A stretch of 10,256 nt of DNA, taken from contig JASFEA010000116.1 in the NCBI GenBank assembly GCA_050125095.1, positions 1-10,256 of the forward strand, read 5' to 3'. The DNA is from a bacterium. GTDB taxonomy: Bacteria > Arandabacterota > Arandabacteria > Arandabacterales > JALGWA01. The stretch's first letter is position 1; every line of letters begins with the position of its first letter. Positions 7,311 through 10,256 of this stretch are shown here, one piece after another. The notes under the pieces are model-generated. The model saw nothing but the letters and a program-made list of their open reading frames with translations, made no database searches and was not told the origin of the DNA. The position numbers and the translations under genes are program-made.

Positions 7311-7391
7311 CCAAGCCGCATGGGCGAGGAACCCGGATAGCCGGGACCCCGCTGCCTGTCATCCTGAATTGAAAGGCGAGGTCGGCCGCAA

Positions 7392-8285
7392 CTGGAAGAC
7401 TATCGATCCATAGATGATCTCAAGCGAATAGCATGGCGGCTCAGCCGCTCTGTTATCCAGATGACCACCCGCGCGGGATCGGGCCACCCGTCGAGTTCGC
7501 TATCTGCGATAGACGTGCTGACGGCGCTCTACTTCGGCGGCGTCATGCGCTATGATGCCGGGCGTCCCCGCTGGGCAGGGCGTGACCGCTTCATCATGAG
7601 CAAGGGGCATGCGGCGCCGGCTCTTTACGCAGTGCTCGCCGAGGCCGGCTTCTTCGATCCCGCCGTGCTGGGCACCCTGAGGCAAATCGGGAGTCCGGTC
7701 GAGGGACATCCCAACATGCGGGTTCTTCCGGGCGTTGAAGCTTCGACGGGTTCGCTGGGCCAGGGCCTCTCGATCGGGCTGGGGCACGCGCTGGCAGCGC
7801 GCCTGGACGATCTCGACTTCCGCGTTTATGTGATGATTGGAGACGGCGAGTCCGACGAGGGGCAGGTCTGGGAGGCGGCCATGGCCGCTTCCAAATACGG
7901 CGCCGCCAATCTCACGGCGATTCTGGACTACAATGGATTCCAGCAGACAGGTCCGGTCAGGACGGTGATGCCTTCGCTCGAGCCTGTAAGGGATAAGTGG
8001 ATTTCCTTCGGCTGGGATGTCTCCGAGATAAACGGCCACGACATGGAGGAGACACTGGCTGTTTTCAGGGCGCTTGCCCGCGGTGGAAATATGAGCGGCG
8101 CCCGTCCGCAGATCGTGATCGCTCACACTATGAAGGGCAGGGGACTGTCGCCTTTCGAGAAAGACGACGTAAACCGCAAGCACGGCGTGCCCCTTTCGCC
8201 GGAGGAAGCCGAGGTCGCGCTCGCCGAACTCGATGAAGCTTACGGTGCGGGAGGCGGGACCGGTGGGCGGGCAGGGGAATCCTGA
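7392..8285 (+). CDS. tkt: Transketolase, N-terminal (TPP-binding) subunit; probable CTG start, 297 aa
   Basis: Motifs AGSGHPSSSLS, RDRFIMSKGHAAPALY, EGHP, STGSLGQGLS, the TPP motif GDGESDEGQVWEA...DYN, and HTMKG...KHG. The frame is open upstream of ATG 7461 and encodes IDDLKRIAWRLSRSVIQM, resembling the usual first helix. CTG 7392 follows SD GAGGT (7378-7382). The product is secure; the start is inferred. Confidence 0.92.
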   Translation: MEDYRSIDDLKRIAWRLSRSVIQMTTRAGSGHPSSSLSAIDVLTALYFGGVMRYDAGRPRWAGRDRFIMSKGHAAPALYAVLAEAGFFDPAVLGTLRQIGSPVEGHPNMRVLPGVEASTGSLGQGLSIGLGHALAARLDDLDFRVYVMIGDGESDEGQVWEAAMAASKYGAANLTAILDYNGFQQTGPVRTVMPSLEPVRDKWISFGWDVSEINGHDMEETLAVFRALARGGNMSGARPQIVIAHTMKGRGLSPFEKDDVNRKHGVPLSPEEAEVALAELDEAYGAGGGTGGRAGES

Positions 8286-8286
8286 C

Positions 8287-9249
8287 ATGGAAATAGGAAA
8301 GCGCATAGGTCTTGAGTACGGCAAGGCGACGCGCGACGCCTTCGGGGAGGAGCTGGTTGAACTCGGGCGCGGGAATCCCGGTATCGTTGTCGTCGACGGC
8401 GACGTGGCGAACTCGACGCGCACGGAGGCATTCGCCCGTGAATTCCCCGGCAGATTCTTCAATGTAGGCATAGCCGAGAGCAATCTCGTGGGCGTGGCGA
8501 GCGGTCTCGCGGCCTCAGGCAAAGCCGCGGTCGCTTCCAGTTTCGCATGCTTCCTGCTCTGCAACGCATATGACCAGATACGCATGGGAGTCGCGTTCCC
8601 GTCGGCGAATGTCAAGCTCGTGGGATCGCACAGCGGCATAAGCATAGGAGCGGACGGGCCCAGCCAGATGGCAATAGAGGACATCGCCCTTGCCGCGTCT
8701 CTTCCCAATTTCAGGGTCGTCGTCCCCGCGGACGAGCCGTCCGCCCGGGCCGCGACCCGGGCTATGTTCGCCGAAGCCGGGCCCTTTTATCTCCGGACGG
8801 GCAGGCCGAGAGTCCCTGTGGTTCATCCGGCCGGCATAGACTTCGCGGTGGGCCGGGCCTGCACGTTGCGCGAAGGCGGGGATGTCACCATTATAGCCTG
8901 CGGCCTCATGGTGGCGGTCGCGCTCGAGGCGGCGCATGACCTCAGCGGTGAGGGCCTGGACGCCAGGGTTATCGACATGCACACGGTCAAACCGCTGGAC
9001 AGGCCGGCGGTACATAGCGCTGCGCGCGAGACGGGGGCCATCGTTACGGCCGAGGAGCACTTGCTGGAGGGAGGGCTTGGCTCTGCCGTGGCCCTGGCGG
9101 CGGGCGAGCTCGACCCGGTGCCTATGGAGTTCGTCGGCATAAGGAATACCTATGCCGAGTCCGGCCGGCCGGAAGAGCTTCTCGACAAGTACGGCTTAAT
9201 GCCCCGCCATGTGGCCGAAGCCGCGAGAAGGGTAGCGGTGAGGAAATGA
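8287..9249 (+). CDS. tkt: Transketolase, C-terminal (pyrimidine-binding + C-terminal domain) subunit, 320 aa
   Basis: Motifs ATRDAFG, DGDVANST, FFNVGIAESN, AYDQIR, GADGPSQMAIED, GPFYLRTGR, VIDMHTVKPLD and EEH...GGLGSAV. ATG 8287 lies 1 nt after the N-subunit stop, with AGGGG upstream. Confidence 0.93.
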   Translation: MEIGKRIGLEYGKATRDAFGEELVELGRGNPGIVVVDGDVANSTRTEAFAREFPGRFFNVGIAESNLVGVASGLAASGKAAVASSFACFLLCNAYDQIRMGVAFPSANVKLVGSHSGISIGADGPSQMAIEDIALAASLPNFRVVVPADEPSARAATRAMFAEAGPFYLRTGRPRVPVVHPAGIDFAVGRACTLREGGDVTIIACGLMVAVALEAAHDLSGEGLDARVIDMHTVKPLDRPAVHSAARETGAIVTAEEHLLEGGLGSAVALAAGELDPVPMEFVGIRNTYAESGRPEELLDKYGLMPRHVAEAARRVAVRK

Positions 9250-9277
9250 GTGGAAAGACATTCATCCCCCAATTGAG

Positions 9278-9306
9278 TTGACAGGCGCGACGCCTGCCCG
9301 TATTAT
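9278..9306 (+). promoter_or_regulatory. Near-consensus sigma70 promoter for the LapA-family gene
   Basis: Perfect TTGACA (9278-9283), 17 nt, TATTAT (9301-9306). Confidence 0.8.
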
Positions 9307-9340
9307 GCAGTCGAACACGCAAATTCAGGGAGGATATGCC

Positions 9341-9547
9341 GTGCGGCCAAAGATGATACTCCTCATTGTGCTTGTGATTGTGCTGCTCGTGATGATCATC
9401 CAGAACCTGGGTGACGTAACGGCCAAATTCCTCTTCGTTGAGGTGACTATGCCGCTTGCCCTTTTCCTCTTTATCATGGCTGCGGTTGGCTTCGTCGTCG
9501 GCGCCATCACGGCACTGGTATATCGCAAAGACGGCAGGAAATCATAG
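9341..9547 (+). CDS. LapA family (lipopolysaccharide assembly protein A domain / DUF1049) small membrane protein, 68 aa
   Basis: GTG start with SD GGGAGG at 9328-9333. The pattern TM-QN...V..KFLF....MPL-TM with G..VG and a basic tail is typical of the LapA domain. Confidence 0.82.
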   Translation: MRPKMILLIVLVIVLLVMIIQNLGDVTAKFLFVEVTMPLALFLFIMAAVGFVVGAITALVYRKDGRKS

Positions 9548-9730
9548 AGTATGGGGTCCCGGTCACGGATCGGCCGGTGCGCTAATCACCCCCTATAGGC
9601 GTCTTTGTGCTCCCATTTTTGTCCTTTAGCACCCCCGTATTGTGCCGATGTATCTGGTGTAGAGCCTTACTCTATTTGGGGATAGGCTTCGCCTCCGGGA
9701 CGGGGTAATAGTGCCAACACGGTAAATGCG

Positions 9731-10256
9731 ATGAGAAGCGTCTTACTTATTCCTGCTACATTGTTTCTGCTGCTCGGCCTGCTGTTCTCGGGTTCCGATG
9801 CGCGCCCCATTATGGTCGGCGTTTACGAGAACGAACCCATGGTTCTCATGGACGAGCAGGGCAAGCCGCGGGGCTTCTATATTGACATCATTGAGCATAT
9901 CGCAGCCATCGAAGACTGGGAGCTGTCCTATGTGGTGGGCACCCGGGCCGAGTGCGTGGCCTGGCTGCGGGAAGGCAAAATAGACGTTCTGCCTGGCATA
10001 GCCCTGCGGGCGGATTCGGGTGAATACGATCTGACCCGCGTCAATGTTCTATGTGACTGGGGCAAGATCTATTCGCAGGCGGTAGCGCCGATAGAGACAA
10101 TGGCGGACGCCGCCGGGAAGACCGTCGCCGTCGCCAGAGACGACCGGATGTACAATGAGTTCCGCTCCGCCCTCGAGGACCTCGAAATTGACTGCCATTT
10201 CGTAGAAGTCGACGGTTACGGCGATGCCCTCAGGATGGCCCGCGAGGGCGTTGTGG
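9731..10256 (+). CDS. Signal peptide plus family-3 (PBPb) extracellular solute-binding domain; probably the N-terminal sensor of a signalling protein; 3' truncated
   Basis: Not in the ORF track. Manual translation: MRSVLLIPATLFLLLGLLFSGSDARPIMVGVYENEPMVLMDEQGKPRGFYIDIIEHIAAIEDWELSYVVG...LREGKIDVL...AGKTVAV...VEVDGYGDALRMAREGVV, open to the window end. An in-frame stop at 9683-9685 limits the start. Confidence 0.85.
   Translation, partial: MRSVLLIPATLFLLLGLLFSGSDARPIMVGVYENEPMVLMDEQGKPRGFYIDIIEHIAAIEDWELSYVVGTRAECVAWLREGKIDVLPGIALRADSGEYDLTRVNVLCDWGKIYSQAVAPIETMADAAGKTVAVARDDRMYNEFRSALEDLEIDCHFVEVDGYGDALRMAREGVV

Noticed and set aside
2963..9140. Long minus-strand ORFs (2963-3757, 3861-4619, 5658-6860, 7500-8708 and others)
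   Set aside because: They lie antisense or out of frame to well-supported genes, have low-information composition, and show no SD or motif support.
9278..9340. Longer LapA ORF starting at TTG 9278 or ATG 9305
   Set aside because: These codons fall within the -35 and -10 boxes of the promoter. GTG 9341 has a proper GGGAGG SD.
9685..9720. GCCTCCGG...CGGGGT resemblance to a c-di-GMP-I riboswitch, and TGGCAC on the minus strand as a sigma54 site
   Set aside because: The GCAAA/GNRA-receptor architecture of the riboswitch is absent, and TGGCAC is not followed by TTGC at the -12 position.

Overview
GC-rich bacterial chromosomal window with no mobile element, RNA gene or CRISPR array that I can recognise. 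On the minus strand is a three-gene operon linked by ATGA stop/start overlaps. It encodes a TagF/EpsJ-like CDP-glycerol glycerophosphotransferase-family protein, an IPCT-like (inositol-1-phosphate cytidylyltransferase-like) NTP transferase, and an exported M1-family Zn peptidase with atypical motifs that runs off the left edge and is missing from the ORF track. Across a divergent AT-rich promoter region, the plus strand carries, in order: a large DUF6178-like protein, rmuC, a 66-aa two-TM protein, a GNAT acetyltransferase, a split two-subunit transketolase, a LapA-family small membrane protein, and the truncated start of a signal-peptide/family-3 solute-binding-domain protein (also missing from the ORF track). 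Several sigma70 promoters are readable directly. The most interesting points are the IPCT-like + TagF-like pairing (possible CDP-inositol-fed surface polymer or glycan decoration), a probable CUG start for the transketolase N-subunit, and a mammalian-type GPSQM motif in a split bacterial transketolase. All family assignments come from recalled motifs, not database searches.
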